64,000 nt of DNA, taken from contig JADIIX010000018.1 of NCBI GenBank assembly GCA_027604505.1, positions 1 through 64,000 of the forward strand, in the 5' to 3' direction. This DNA comes from Gonapodya sp. JEL0774 (Eukaryota). The position numbers and the translations under genes are program-made. The notes below the pieces were generated by a model. That model ran no database searches and was not told where the DNA came from. It saw only the letters and a list, made by a program, of their open reading frames with translations. Below are positions 52,310 to 64,000 of the stretch, piece after piece (position 1 is the stretch's first letter; every line of letters starts with the position of its first letter).

Positions 52310-54685
52310 CTAAGACATCATTCCAGCTCCCATCGGAGAGTACGCCATCGCCTTCACTTGCGGGTGACCTACATGCTGAAACTTTCGGAACTCCAGTCGC
52401 AATTTTCCTCCAGCAATTGTTATTGTTTCCGACACAGCCCAGTTCTCCTTAGAGGGTGCGGGACAGGGATACAAATTCGATGTGGTGGTTGGCGTCGTTG
52501 GAGCCAGGGCAAGGGGTGGCGCCGGATAGGACGACGAAGAGACACGGATGACAGCAGCTTTGTTGCCCATCTTTGCGCGGGATGGTGTAAGCAAGAGTTG
52601 GTCGACAAAAAGAAGCATTGTTCGTAGTTTTTGCGTAACCGGTGTTGGTAGATTGCCTTGTCAGGACACTCCGAGCACACATCGAGTTGCGAGCTTTCTC
52701 ACCTGGTCACAGTAGTTGGGTGCTGAGAAAACGGTCACCAGTTTACCGTTTTGCTGAATCTCATACCCCTCTTCCTTCACCTCGTGAGACCTCACAACCA
52801 GATCCCACCCATTACGGTCCAAGAACTGTGCCGTGATGTCAGGTCCAAATTGGAATCCTTGACCGCGCTTGGATGGGGTGTATCCCCCAATTGGAGACGG
52901 GTCCGCCCAGAGCAGGTCAGAGAGCACAGGATTGCCAGAGGGTTGTGAAAATCGTGGTAGCTTTTGCAGGTCCTCTGAAAAAAAAAGCATATAAACCAGT
53001 ACTTGTGAGTTCCCGCTTACTGGTTGGGACATGGGTCACAAGCTCACCGAGTTTCACACCCTTGTCTTCACCCTCTCTCGACAACCCGCCGTGTACCACG
53101 AAAATCTTCCCACCAACAACATGCGCCACGGGTAACGCTTCAAACACTTCCGAAAAAAAGCGGAATGCAAGGTCCGAATATTTGGACTTGACCTCGCCTT
53201 CGAAGCCGTACACTGACAGAGCAAAAACCCATCAGATGGATTAAACCTCGTAACGCACGAAAGTCACCACGTACCTTTGTTCATATCGTCAGCTTCGTGA
53301 TTTCCTCGCGCAAGGTGGACAAAGTCGGGGTGAGCGAGTTTGAGAGCAATAAGGAGCACGATGACTTCGACGGAGAATGAACCACGATCCACAAAATCTA
53401 GCCGCGGTGATGTTGCGTCGTGTTATCCAGATGACTTCTCTCATCGAAGAAGAGATGTGGCACGAACCTCCGTTAAACAAATACACATTAGATGGCCCCG
53501 GCATTCCACAGCGTTCCACCATGTTGACGACATCATAAAACTGCCCGTGCACATCTCCCACAAGATTAACCACGCCCTTTTCCTTTTCGGGTACTGGAAC
53601 ATCCACCACGCTTGGGCCCTTTTGCAGGAGATACCTGATATGTCGTAGCATCTGATAGAGATACTTTCGGTGAAGCTTGCCCTGCTTCACCAAATGTTGT
53701 ATCAGGCCATCCAGGAACTCTTGTGTGATCGTAACGGTCGACACCCCACCCGCCTCCTCGGAAGCGTTTGGTGCTTCGAGATGCGGTCCGTCGTAAGAGG
53801 GTTCCACAACGATGGCGTCAATGTCCCCCAATCGTTCCAATGCACTCCGCCGAGTCTCGTCCACTGATATTGCTTGCTCGAACTGGATCCGGCGAAGCTC
53901 CTTTTCCGCAGCGGAGAGTTTTGTAGATGCGGTGGCGTCTTTTGGGGAGAGCTTGAGTACGGTTCTAAGGCACATCGGGTTGGTCCAGAACGAGCCCAAG
54001 AAGTAACGAGACTGAGTACGAACTTCAAGTCTTTAATGGCCTCTTTTAGCTTCCCCATACCAAGATACGCCGAAGCTCGTCGATAATATGCCTTGACAAA
54101 CCGTGCATCCAGCTCAATAGCTCGTTCTGATGTATGTGCTCCACTTATTACTTGCTCCCGCTTTGCATAGAGAGCACGTCGGACATACCTGCATCTTGAA
54201 TGGCCGCGCCAAGGAATTCTTCTTTTATATTGGCGAAAGCCCGGTTCGTGAAGTAGGCTGGCACAGTCTTGACAGGTCGAAAATGGACGCCGGAGGGTTA
54301 TACCTCAGCCTGTACGTTTTTCGGTCAACAAGTGGCTGCATAGAACACACTGGATTCAGCTCAATCGCTTCCGAGTATAGGTCGATCGCCTTGGCGAAAT
54401 GATTCGCCGCAAACGCCTAGTACCCCAGGAGGTGAAGATCTTAGAACACACGCGGGAATACATCGACGACACATAGTGGCCATAAACCACCTTATTTCCC
54501 GCGTCCTTGAGCTCCTCTGCTTTCATTTTGTCCGTATCTGTGACCTTCTCAGCGATAACCGATGGCCCAGTTTCCCTGGTTGCTCCACCTTTCTCAGCTG
54601 CGGTTTCTTGAGGCGGCGGAGTCGCCGGTGGTGACGGTGGAGCGTCAGTCGGAGCATTGAGTGGTTGCTTGATGGCGGCGGACAT
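52310..54685 (-). CDS. PPT1: Ser/Thr protein phosphatase 5 (TPR + PPP catalytic domain)
   Basis: TPRs ([42 protein letters not shown]); catalytic motifs [55 protein letters not shown]-terminal HPQVKAMAY. Confidence 0.96.
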
Positions 54686-54773
54686 TATGTGGATGCAATT
54701 TGTGCTTCGGGTTCTTTCACTGGTATCAAAGCAACTTCTGCAATTACAAAGTCAATGTACAAAATGCTGTATT

Positions 54774-56164
54774 CTAAATGATCTCGCTGCCTCCCATTAG
54801 CATGAAAGGTAAAAGTGGGAATCCTCTAATTATGAAAATTCAGAGTTGGATACGACTTCCGAATCGGAATTGGACCCACCCTCCTGATAATCGACTAAAA
54901 TAGTCGAAGTCGATTTCCAGTGCTGCCGCCAGCATAACCTGAATACAAAAATCCTGTCAATAGTAAGATTCGCGAATGAATGGTATATTACGAACCGCGC
55001 GTTCATCCAATGTCAGTTCCCGTGGCGGCGTCGGCACCCCAAGCTGGTGGAGAGTGGATGCAGTGCGCAGAATGTACTGTCCAGTGTCAGTAAAGATCTA
55101 TGCACAAAACGGCAACATGAATGAACAAAGTACTTTGGAAGCACAACGAACGTGAGGAAATCTCACTTCTCGCGCAAATCCAACGAAATTCCGATTGACA
55201 TTTCCAAGAACTTCACCTTCTGGCCCTTGAATGTCAAAGTCCCAAGAGAGAAACGGAGCGTCTACTCTCGCAAATTGTCTGCGGCTTGGAGATTGTTCGA
55301 AGGGCGTGAGTGTCTGCGAACGATGTACGAATAATTTGTATTTTCGCCTTACTTGACAAAGAGATCATACTTTCGCCTCCAAAGATGCCAAACTTGGTGG
55401 ACTTCTCCAATGAGGTTGTCTGCATCGTCATACACATACATTCGGGAGTTAATAAAGCTGAATGGGCGAAAAACCTGGACCGACAGGCTCGTCTATCACA
55501 GACTGCACACTCACAAAGAAGAGAACCGACATACCTTCATGACCATTCGACCTTCTGCGTCGAAAATTGTTGCGTTCACAGTTCTATGTGTCCGAAAGAG
55601 CTGTCGAAGTACAACTCTTGCGAGGAACCCTTGCTCTTCCGCAACAAAGCCTACAGGATGCCCGAGCGGTGACAAAATGCGATACCGATTTGCTTGCTCA
55701 AAGCCGAGAAAAACATTCATCATCTCTATCTGTCTAACAACCACGACACTCTCCTGGGAGAGCACGGAAGCAGCTGGAGATGAACGAGTAACAACTGCTT
55801 TATTCACATTCTCGCGTGCGAAAGAGGGTCGAACGCCCAAGCGAGGTGCCGTTGCAAATTCTCCAGAGAATGGAAATTGAGTTTGGAGTGGCTTTTCAAA
55901 ATCGGCATTGGATACCGGGAGCTCTTGTCGTGCAGACTCCGACGGCCCGAGTCGACGTCGTTTCAAAGGGGTCTGTATCCCGCGGCGAAGGGTCCGTTTT
56001 TGGACCATCGAGAATGAGCCTTGAGCTATCGTTGTGTGTTTCCACATATGCAACACCGAAGCACGGGGAAGTGGACGGCGCCATGAAAGAGTATGTATGA
56101 TTGTGGTCGCAAAAGAGTAAGTTGGCTCAGAAAGCGCGATGAATTTCGGCGGAGGCTGACGCAT
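54774..56164 (-). CDS. AIM25: Phospholipid scramblase family protein (Aim25/PLSCR-like)
   Basis: VVVRQIEMMNVFLGFEQANRYRI, RQLFRTHR, FRPFSFINSR, IGEVHQVWHLWRRKYDLF, FARVDAPFLSWDF, VNRNFVGFAREIFTDTGQY, LTLDERAVMLAAALEIDFDYFSR. Confidence 0.9.
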
Positions 56165-56271
56165 TTGAGAAGACCACACGGCTGGTCATGGAGCGGCAAT
56201 ATGGGCCTTGAGCCCTTCCACATGATGTACATACTACAATCATAGCAAATCCGTTCTCCAACATGCAATGT

Positions 56272-58966
56272 TCATACTACTGCTTCACGGAATTCATCGA
56301 GGCGAGCACTACATATCAGGGATGTTTTCAGTCCACATAAGCACTTCCGATCCACAAGAGAATGGTAACTGACTTTTACGCAATTCATCCAAATCTGCCC
56401 CACCACTATTCCCTAAACTTGCTGCACCCGACCCAGGGAGAGCCTTCTTGCCTAATGCGGGGCTGCCTCCACCAGAAGCAGATGACATCGTGGGAGTCGT
56501 TGCACCACTACCGTTGACATTTGCCCAGCTTGCACGCTTCCCAGGTACAGTTGTAGGTGGTTCGGGAAAATAAGTGGAGACCTCGGCAGCTGTTCTGGGA
56601 AGAGCTTGAACTCTTCCTGGGCTGGCCGACCTGGTTGACGTCCTCTCCCCGTTCGCCCTTGTGGCCGCCGCGGGGGTTGGCGATGGGATATTGAGGCGGT
56701 TCGTCACTGGAATTGCGTTTTGAGTCTCCTGTGTCCATTGTTCAAAGAAATAAATTAACCCAAGGTACAAGGTTTACAAAACACCGAGCGCGACTGACCT
56801 GAGCCTGTGGCGAGAGAGACGAAACCCGTTGTCTCGGCAGTTTCACTTCCGAGTGCGACGGAAGCGAAGCAGGTTGCGGATACGATCTGCTATCATATAT
56901 CCCAAGAGCAGTGCCAAGCATTCGGGCTTGAGGTGGTGATGAAGGTCCACTATCGCCTCCCGATGGTCCAAGGAGGTTACGGACAGCCATGAGAGCTAAA
57001 TCTGCAGGCATCATTTTGAATTAACCAATTCCAATAAGCAAAGTGACAATGTTCAGCAAACCTGCGTCCTCAACATCACCCATTGCCTCTACTTGTTCCT
57101 CCACCCATTGAAGGAATTCGGGATGACTCGCCAGCGCATGTGCTGTCTCAGGAGCTTCCAGTGTCGCTGCAACGGACAAAAGTTCCCTTCGGTTCAACGC
57201 ATCTGCTATCTCCGCCTCTAGTGATGCCAAGTTGATGGGCGAAGGAGTGCGGGCGGGGTAAGGGAAAAGCTGGTTTGCTTCCGACGGCGCTGGCCACTGC
57301 GGGTTTGAGTTAAAATCCTGAATTGAAGAAGTAGCGCGAAGGTTTTGATCGATCCCAGGTGGTTGAAGGGAAGTCCAACGCTCGTCACTGGGTTCAAAAG
57401 AATATGGTGGAGTTCCCTCTGGAAGGTACTGCTTTATTTCATTCGCAATATCTGATCGACAACAGGTACGAAGGTTTCAGGTACGACATAACATCCTTGA
57501 GATGTTCGTGACTCACGTAAATACCCCTTCGTTTCCGCGAGAGCCGCCAGCATGGCCATTTCCTCTGGCGCAAGCCTTGTCAACTTTTCACCCATCGGTT
57601 CTCCCTTCGGAGAAACATCGGCGAGTGTCATCTGGACCCTCATAAAATCTCCAAGCAATATCACGTCGAACAGTTTCAAGCACTCTCGCTGGAGTTTCGG
57701 CGGCAGCGCTCGCAGCGTCACCTCCACGTGCGAGTCAAATGATGAGGTTGGGTAAGAGAAATTTGGCGCCAGCGTGCCTGCAGGTGGAACGTTGGACATC
57801 GGAGGTTCTGTGGTCGTTGCCGGGAGATCCGATACAGCGCCATAAGGGTGCGAATCACTAGAAGGGATGCCTAAGTTCCTTTCCGAAAACATGTCGCCTT
57901 CTCTTGCTCGCAAGATACTGGTAGGTGGTGGCTCCTCCCTCCCATATGTTGGACCATCACCTTTGCCGACTTGCGACCGGATGAACCAAACTTTTGACGG
58001 CTCCGCAGGTTGGGGCGTCTCAACGGTTACAGCTGCATCAGAGGACGAAATCTTCTCTGTGTACTCTGGCTCGGGCTTTGGAACTTTAAACTCAACCACG
58101 GTAGGTTGAACAAAGTGTTCAGGATTGAGATCCTCCTGCGACAAAGATGGGGATCCAATCAGTCAAGCACTAGCTAACATCAATTATCGCCGGACATCTC
58201 ACAACAGCAATATCTTCTCGAGTGGGCCGATCCCACGTCTTCTCTCCCGAGCTACCCCACAAGAGATCGAAGAGGTCGTAAACATCTTCCGAGGTAGGGT
58301 CTTTGGTCTTGTACTCAGTAAGAATGCGGGTCCTTTCTTCTTGTATCCTATGGATTCTTTTTAAATCCGGGTAACGGTCCTCAATGAGCTTGATAAACTG
58401 CATTGCAGAGTAGTTTAAACCACCCAAGTTTCTGTACTATTGCTGAGATGTACACACTCACACGACCCTGAGATAGCGGCTCTTTCAACACGGCTTGCTC
58501 TTTGGCATTGATGAAAATAACGCGTAATGCCTCCTGAGCTTCTGAGTCCAACTTTCTGTGGTTGTGAGAATACCATATAGGAACCTGCAACATAATTTCC
58601 TATCAACAGGCCAGCAAACACACGTGAAGTTTCTTTCCGCTACAATTTGTCCGATACGGCTATAGAGCGTGTCCAGGTTGGCTTGAAGGCGAGTGAGAAG
58701 TTTGGTCGCTTCGCGATCCCTGGCCAAAAACAGCGCCTACGGGGGGCGTTGGAACTCAACATGGTAGATACGTCGAAATCACAGCTCACAATCCTCTTGG
58801 CGCTTTCGACATCTGAAGCCTTCAACAGTCGGACGATTTGTCGTTCCTTGTCAGCTTGAGCATCCAGCTTCTTTTTCAACTGCTGGAGCGACGAGCGAGC
58901 CATCCTTATCTGAATCCTGAACTCAAGGTCACGCTTATCATCTTGCTTCTTCATCAGCTTCTGCAT
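56272..58966 (-). CDS. IST1: Divergent IST1-like ESCRT-III protein with a long central insert and C-terminal MIM1-like helix; start approximate
   Basis: N-terminal FRIQIRMARSSLQQLKKKLDAQADKERQIVRLLKASDVESAKRI|ALFLARDRE..LDTLYSRIGQI..KLDSEAQEALRVIF aligns with the IST1 core. The frame continues across introns to C-terminal ADLDELLARLDEFRE, compare IST1 DFDDLSRRFEELK. Confidence 0.65.
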
Positions 58967-59206
58967 CGTTGGAATTCGGCGTTGGGTATGGAATTGAACC
59001 GAACTGGAGCTCCAGTTGCACGAAGCCGGGAGTATTGGGAAAGCAATCAAGCCGATCTGCAGAAATTGTAAAGCTCAGCTGGGGAGTGTGCAAAATGTGC
59101 GTTCGGGATCTATCCGCAACTGACACAGCAACTCAGTCCAGTCACAGTGTATGCTGGCCGCGGCGCAACCTCTCTATCTCGCATCTTCAATGAACAAAAA
59201 ATAATT

Positions 59207-61129
59207 TTAAGTTGATCCAACCCTCGCACTCCATGCAGTCTTCCGTTTCCTGTCTTCATCCTCCTCCTCTCCGCCATGGTTTGCGTTAGCAGCACTCGCC
59301 CACTCGCTTACAGACAAGCTCTTCACCATCTTTGCATACTCTTTGTCCTCTACTTTCCTTTTCTTTCGAGCGATACCTCGCGCAGATTTGGAAGTTGCTC
59401 GTTCACGGTCCCAAGCCGCCGGTGTGTCTGGAGAAAATCCGATAGGTAGGAACTTCCCCAATCGACCTTTCTTGCCATCTTCGGCAAGTGCACCCACGAG
59501 AGAAGCCCCTGTCACAATCAGACTCATACGGGGGGTACTCGCAGAACCGGTGGGAACGCCAATACTGACAAGACCCTGTTCAATATCTCGGTCTTTCTCA
59601 AACTCTCTCACGGAGTCTTCCACAATTGCATGGATACGCGCCTCCCACTCGGTTGCTGTGCGAACGGTAGCCGAGAGTTCACCGCGAACTGATCCGGTGG
59701 GAGAACGCAGATCAAGCTTGACAATTTCGCCACCATACTCGCGGCGAAGAATACTCGGGAGGTTAGGAGCAACGCGTTCTTTCAGAACTACGGGTAAGAT
59801 GATGTCGGAGGGAAAATCAACTGTGCGGAGGTTTGTGGATGCAGGGGTGGAAGCGGCGGAGATGAGGCGAAGGAGGAAAGGAGGGAGGAGAATGGTTGTG
59901 ACGGAAGCAAATCGTTGGAGGCTTATCTGACGGACATGGTCGTTCCGTGTGAGAAGAAGTATGAACCTGCCAAACTGTAATGTCACGCTCACCAATGCAG
60001 TTGTTACAATCTGTCCAATTCTCCACACAACTTCCTGGTTATCCACGAGATCTCCTGTCCCAGATTTCACTTTCGAAAGTCCTCCGGCAGTTCTCAGAGC
60101 TCTCCGCACCTTCTTCGCCACATCTTCCTCATCGCCGTCTGTCGACTCAGACTCTTCAATCACTTCCAATTTGGAGTCAGCGCCCACCTTTACAAGTGAA
60201 TTGTCGTACATGATGGGAAGAGGTCCCACCATGAGTAGGCGGTCCCGGTATTTCGCTTCGACGGTTGATGTGTTGGGTGGAATGCTCGAGGGTCGCAGTC
60301 CTATCACATCAATTGCGGCACTTGGCTCGCTAGCCAACTCTACGCAGCGAGTCATACATTGCGCAGCAGCATTCAAAGACTCCATCTCCACCCAAACACT
60401 TTTGTCCGTTTCACCACGTGGTTTCCTGCTTCCACTGGACAGAACATAGCCATTCGAAAAGTCGCAGCCCACGTCGGGATTAAACACGCGATTCACGCGA
60501 CCAAACCGAGAAAATGCAGCTGAGATGTGTGCTGGGGAGATTGCAGGTGAAAGTGGAGCCTAATGAAGCTCATCAGCGTTGAACAGGTTTTCGCACCGCT
60601 CGAGAGCCTCAGAAGGACAATAAACCCACCAGTTGAACGATGGTCAGTTCGTTTTGCGCAGTTCGATCATCAGTCATGTTCCTGTGCATATCACTTGTCA
60701 TATCCACGTCTTTTCCCATCTGTCGTTTCGTCCTCCTGGCCGACGGATTCTTTATTTTTCTGTATCGTCCGAGTACAGGAGCCTCAAGTATCCCGTTTTC
60801 ACATGTCGAATCAACCTCCATAATTGTGATTGCTGCAGAAGGAAAAGTTTGGCGAAACCAGGCACCACGATCGGTCACACAGCCCCCCCCCCAGGGGCCA
60901 AAGGGGTTCAACTTACATAACTCTTGAAGCTCTCTAGAAGAAGGAACACAAAAGTGAGTTGGAACATGTGAGCAAGCTGCGTATGCCCGTATGTGGAGAT
61001 TGGACAGGAGGTCACTTTTGAATGGTTAATCTCTCCGCTCCTCATCTGGTTTATGGATGATGAGGCAGCGCAGCGCACCACGGTTGCAGATTGTGGTTTG
61101 AGTATTTCGAGTAACCTTAATCCTTGCAT
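59207..61129 (-). CDS. Hypothetical protein with a degenerate RRM-like domain; 5' exons uncertain
   Basis: 429-codon terminal ORF. Splicing gives TIVQL|APLSPAISPAHISAAFSRFGRVNRVF...SVWVEMESLNAAAQCM, an RRM-like beta-alpha-beta pattern. Basic C-terminal RKKRK. Confidence 0.5.
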
Positions 61130-61726
61130 TCACATAAGCGCGGTGGTCTCTTTCGCATCGCTGACAGGCGCCCTTCCGTTCTTCGTTTCCATACGAACAC
61201 AGCAACAACTTTGATGAACAACATTCAAGACGGGCCGTCACAGGCTTCAGAAATTTCTACTTGCTGAATTGATGAAGGGTTGTTGATGGCTGAGAAGATT
61301 CTATTGTCTATCTCGACTGAGAAGCGTTTCAACCATCTTCAACCTTTCATCCATTGTCGTTGGTAGCATGAATCTTCGACTTCTCATCGCTTTTGTGACC
61401 ACATCTGAATAGCAAGGCTTTCTTGAATGCATTTTCTTTTCACTATTATGTACAGCAACAACAAAAAAACGGCGATGTGACACTGCCAGCGAATGGTGGA
61501 AAGGACAGTATTTTCAAAAAGAAAATGGAGATGATAAAAGGGCTGCATGCACCAACTCCTTGCATGATATGTCGCCAAAATGCGGTAAGCAGTGCCGAGA
61601 CATATTAGTCACACGTGCCGTTGCGAATGCCACCCTCCAAATTTCCGAGCATGTAAATTGATGAGGCTTTTCCATCTCTCAAGGCCCTCCTTCAATCTCA
61701 TTTGGCTGTTCGTGTCGAGTCTGCCT

Positions 61727-64000
61727 TCAGGCCGCACCAGCCTTCACATGAATCCCTGCATCTTCGTCATCGTCACTCAAGTCCAGGGACATCAACGAGC
61801 CTCTCCGCTCACCCTCAACCACGGTTCCCATTCCTGGACTCCCATCAACGCCCCCTCGTCCAGATCCCGTACTGCTACCGCCGCTCCCACCACCACCACT
61901 CCCAGGGCTGGATATGGTCACCTCATCTCCGTCCCCTTCGTCCAAAACTTCACCCGCAATCACTGCTAACATGTCCAAGCCAGGCCCATTCAGAGACTCC
62001 CTTCTCTCCTCATTTATCTCCTTCATTTCCCCTAGTCCGTTCATTCCCTCGCGCCCAGCCTCTCCGTGGCCCAGAAGCTGTGGTAGTAAGTGCGCAGGAG
62101 TGCTCCGGAGCAAATCCTTCAGGGCCATCGTCGGATAGCCAAACGAGCTTAACCCATACTCCCCAAACCCGAAGTCTCCTTCATCCTCGTACTTTGGCCG
62201 ACCGTTGTATTCATCATCTACAGTCCGCGTATCCGACGGTGCAAGTGGCGCTGTTGACGACACCACACCTCGGGTAAACTCCAGGATGGAATCTCGACGC
62301 CCGTCGATACCCCCGGGCGAACAATCCTCCACATCACCCAAAAACACATCTCCAAAACTACCACCGGATATGGCACCCATCGCCTCCCATTCCTTCGCTG
62401 CAGCTGACGAATACAAGAAGGGCATTTGGTGTTGATCCTGATGCTGCCTCACTTCTGTGTCGATCTCAGCCGCTGGTGCACTGGATTGTAAGTCCATCGT
62501 GGAGCTCATTGCGCGGAACTTCGAAGGAGGAGTGCTCGCAGGACGCGTTGGGGGATGAGGAGCAAGACGCGTGCCGGCTGGTCCCGCAGGGGGCCCATGA
62601 CCACGAAAAGATGTGGAGTTGAGGAGGCCACCCCAATTGAGGACCGCAGTGATGCTCTCTGTTACACTGGATGAGGTAGTCGCCATAGGACCCTGCTGCA
62701 CTTGCTGGTGCTGATCAAGGATCTGGTACTGACTTTGGTCGCTCTGGCCGACTGCTCCTGCCAATGTAGTTGCTATAAACGCCGTCAAAAGCTCCGAAAG
62801 CGATGTGGTCTGTGTGGTGCCGGAGTTCGCACTTGGAGGAGAGGGGGGGGGAACCGCGGCCGCGGCCGCCATGGCAGCCGCAGCAGCCGCAGTGGCAGCT
62901 GCAGCGACAGGCGAGGTCGGTTGAGCCGTTGCGGTGGTGTTCACAGTGCCGCTCGAGAATCCGTGTGGGAGTGCATACCCCGCGGGGGTAATTCCGCCTG
63001 CTGCGAGAGCCGCGACGAGTGCTTTGCCCGCAGCAAAATGATCTTCCACAGGCGGCGACGGTAAGGGAGCTGTCACGGGATGATACGGTGCGGGGTAAAC
63101 GGGTGGGTTGGACTGGACCTGACTGAGATTCCAGGACTTGTTGCCACTTCCCGAATACAACGACGAAAACGCTGGCGCGGACGAAACGCGATGAAGAGAT
63201 CCTACTGAAGGAGCTACAGTGGAGGCCGCCTTTGAGGGTCGAGCACCCGACAGCGCGCCAACACTCGCATGTCCTGCCGTACCGGCAGCATTCACCCTTT
63301 GGGACACTGCGACTCCACCTGACTGGGTCCTGTGAGCTATGTCACGCTCGGGCACGCTTGACAAAATAGCTCCATCATCCAGCAGGACGAGATCATAGGT
63401 GGGAAGGGAGGACGTCGACACAGGTGGACGGACACGGAGAACAGAAGCAATTCTTAGGATGGGAGGAAAAGCGGGGCGTGGGGTGGCAGTTGAAGTGGAG
63501 GTGGGAAGTCGAACGTAGACGGGATCATCTGAGAGGTAAGGATGAGATGTGAATGATTTTGATACATGGCGTAAATGAAGTGTCACAAATCACGTTGGGC
63601 TCCACCATCTTCGGCCTTTCAGCACCTCCAGGAATCCCGAAATCCCGAAATCCCGAACTGCACGTGAGAAGACACTCACCCATCCTAAATCCTCCCCTTT
63701 CCATCCCGTAACCACTCCCCGCACTTGCACCACTGGCCACACTTGCGACGCTCGCTCCACTCGCCTGTCTTTTGTGGCCACCTCCATGCTCGAATACATT
63801 CACGCCAACCGCACCCTCCTCATCTCTCTTCCTCTTTACACCAGGGCTAGTGGGCTCAACTGGTTCGTCTGGGCTCCTTTCTTTTTTAAATCCGACGGGA
63901 AGAGAGAGAGGTGATAAAGGCGCCGGGCGGGAGAGAACAGAATGACCCGGCGAGCGGGAGCGGGATGGGCGAGGAGAAGCAGGTCGTGATATACGAGCGG
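61727..64000 (-). CDS. Large low-complexity protein with a possible Tudor/SH3-like barrel; 5' end outside window
   Basis: The frame is open from the window edge to a GTGAGT donor (~63680), then a ~600-codon last exon. The splice gives GFRMDDPVYVRL..LRIASVLRV..TYDLVLLDDGAILSSVPERDI, followed by Ala/Pro/Ser/Gln-rich sequence. NLS-like KRKR upstream. Confidence 0.55.

Noticed and set aside
63633..63656. (AATCCCGA)x3 tandem repeat
   Set aside because: Short intronic repeat; no spacers, so not CRISPR-like, and not a telomeric array.

Overview
Intron-rich eukaryotic DNA (GT-AG introns, mostly 50-100 nt), most consistent with a zoosporic (flagellated) early-diverging fungus. Fungal-type housekeeping genes (NUXM, CBP3, a PDR-type ABCG transporter, DUF3245-like) occur alongside axonemal genes (CFAP61, AK5-like). 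The first ~15 kb is gene-sparse: the 3' end of a haspin kinase, an orphan gene, an SLC35F6 transporter and a full-size ABCG/PDR transporter pseudogene with several stops and frameshifts. From 15 to 64 kb the genes are very tightly packed: P4-ATPase, pICln, triple-domain adenylate kinase, NUXM, VPS34, CBP3, NEDD8/RUB1, DUF3245-like, SIKE-like, IND1/NUBPL, HP1-like, DBR1, an orphan, ornithine aminotransferase, a PARP-like/B-box protein, CFAP61, PP5, scramblase, an atypical IST1, an RRM-like protein and a 5'-truncated low-complexity protein. I could not support any rRNA, tRNA, CRISPR array or intact transposon. The best lead is a divergent ADP-ribosyltransferase (PARP)-fold domain fused to two B-boxes and a coiled coil, lying tail-to-tail with CFAP61. 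All gene models were spliced by eye, so some start codons and exon edges are approximate.
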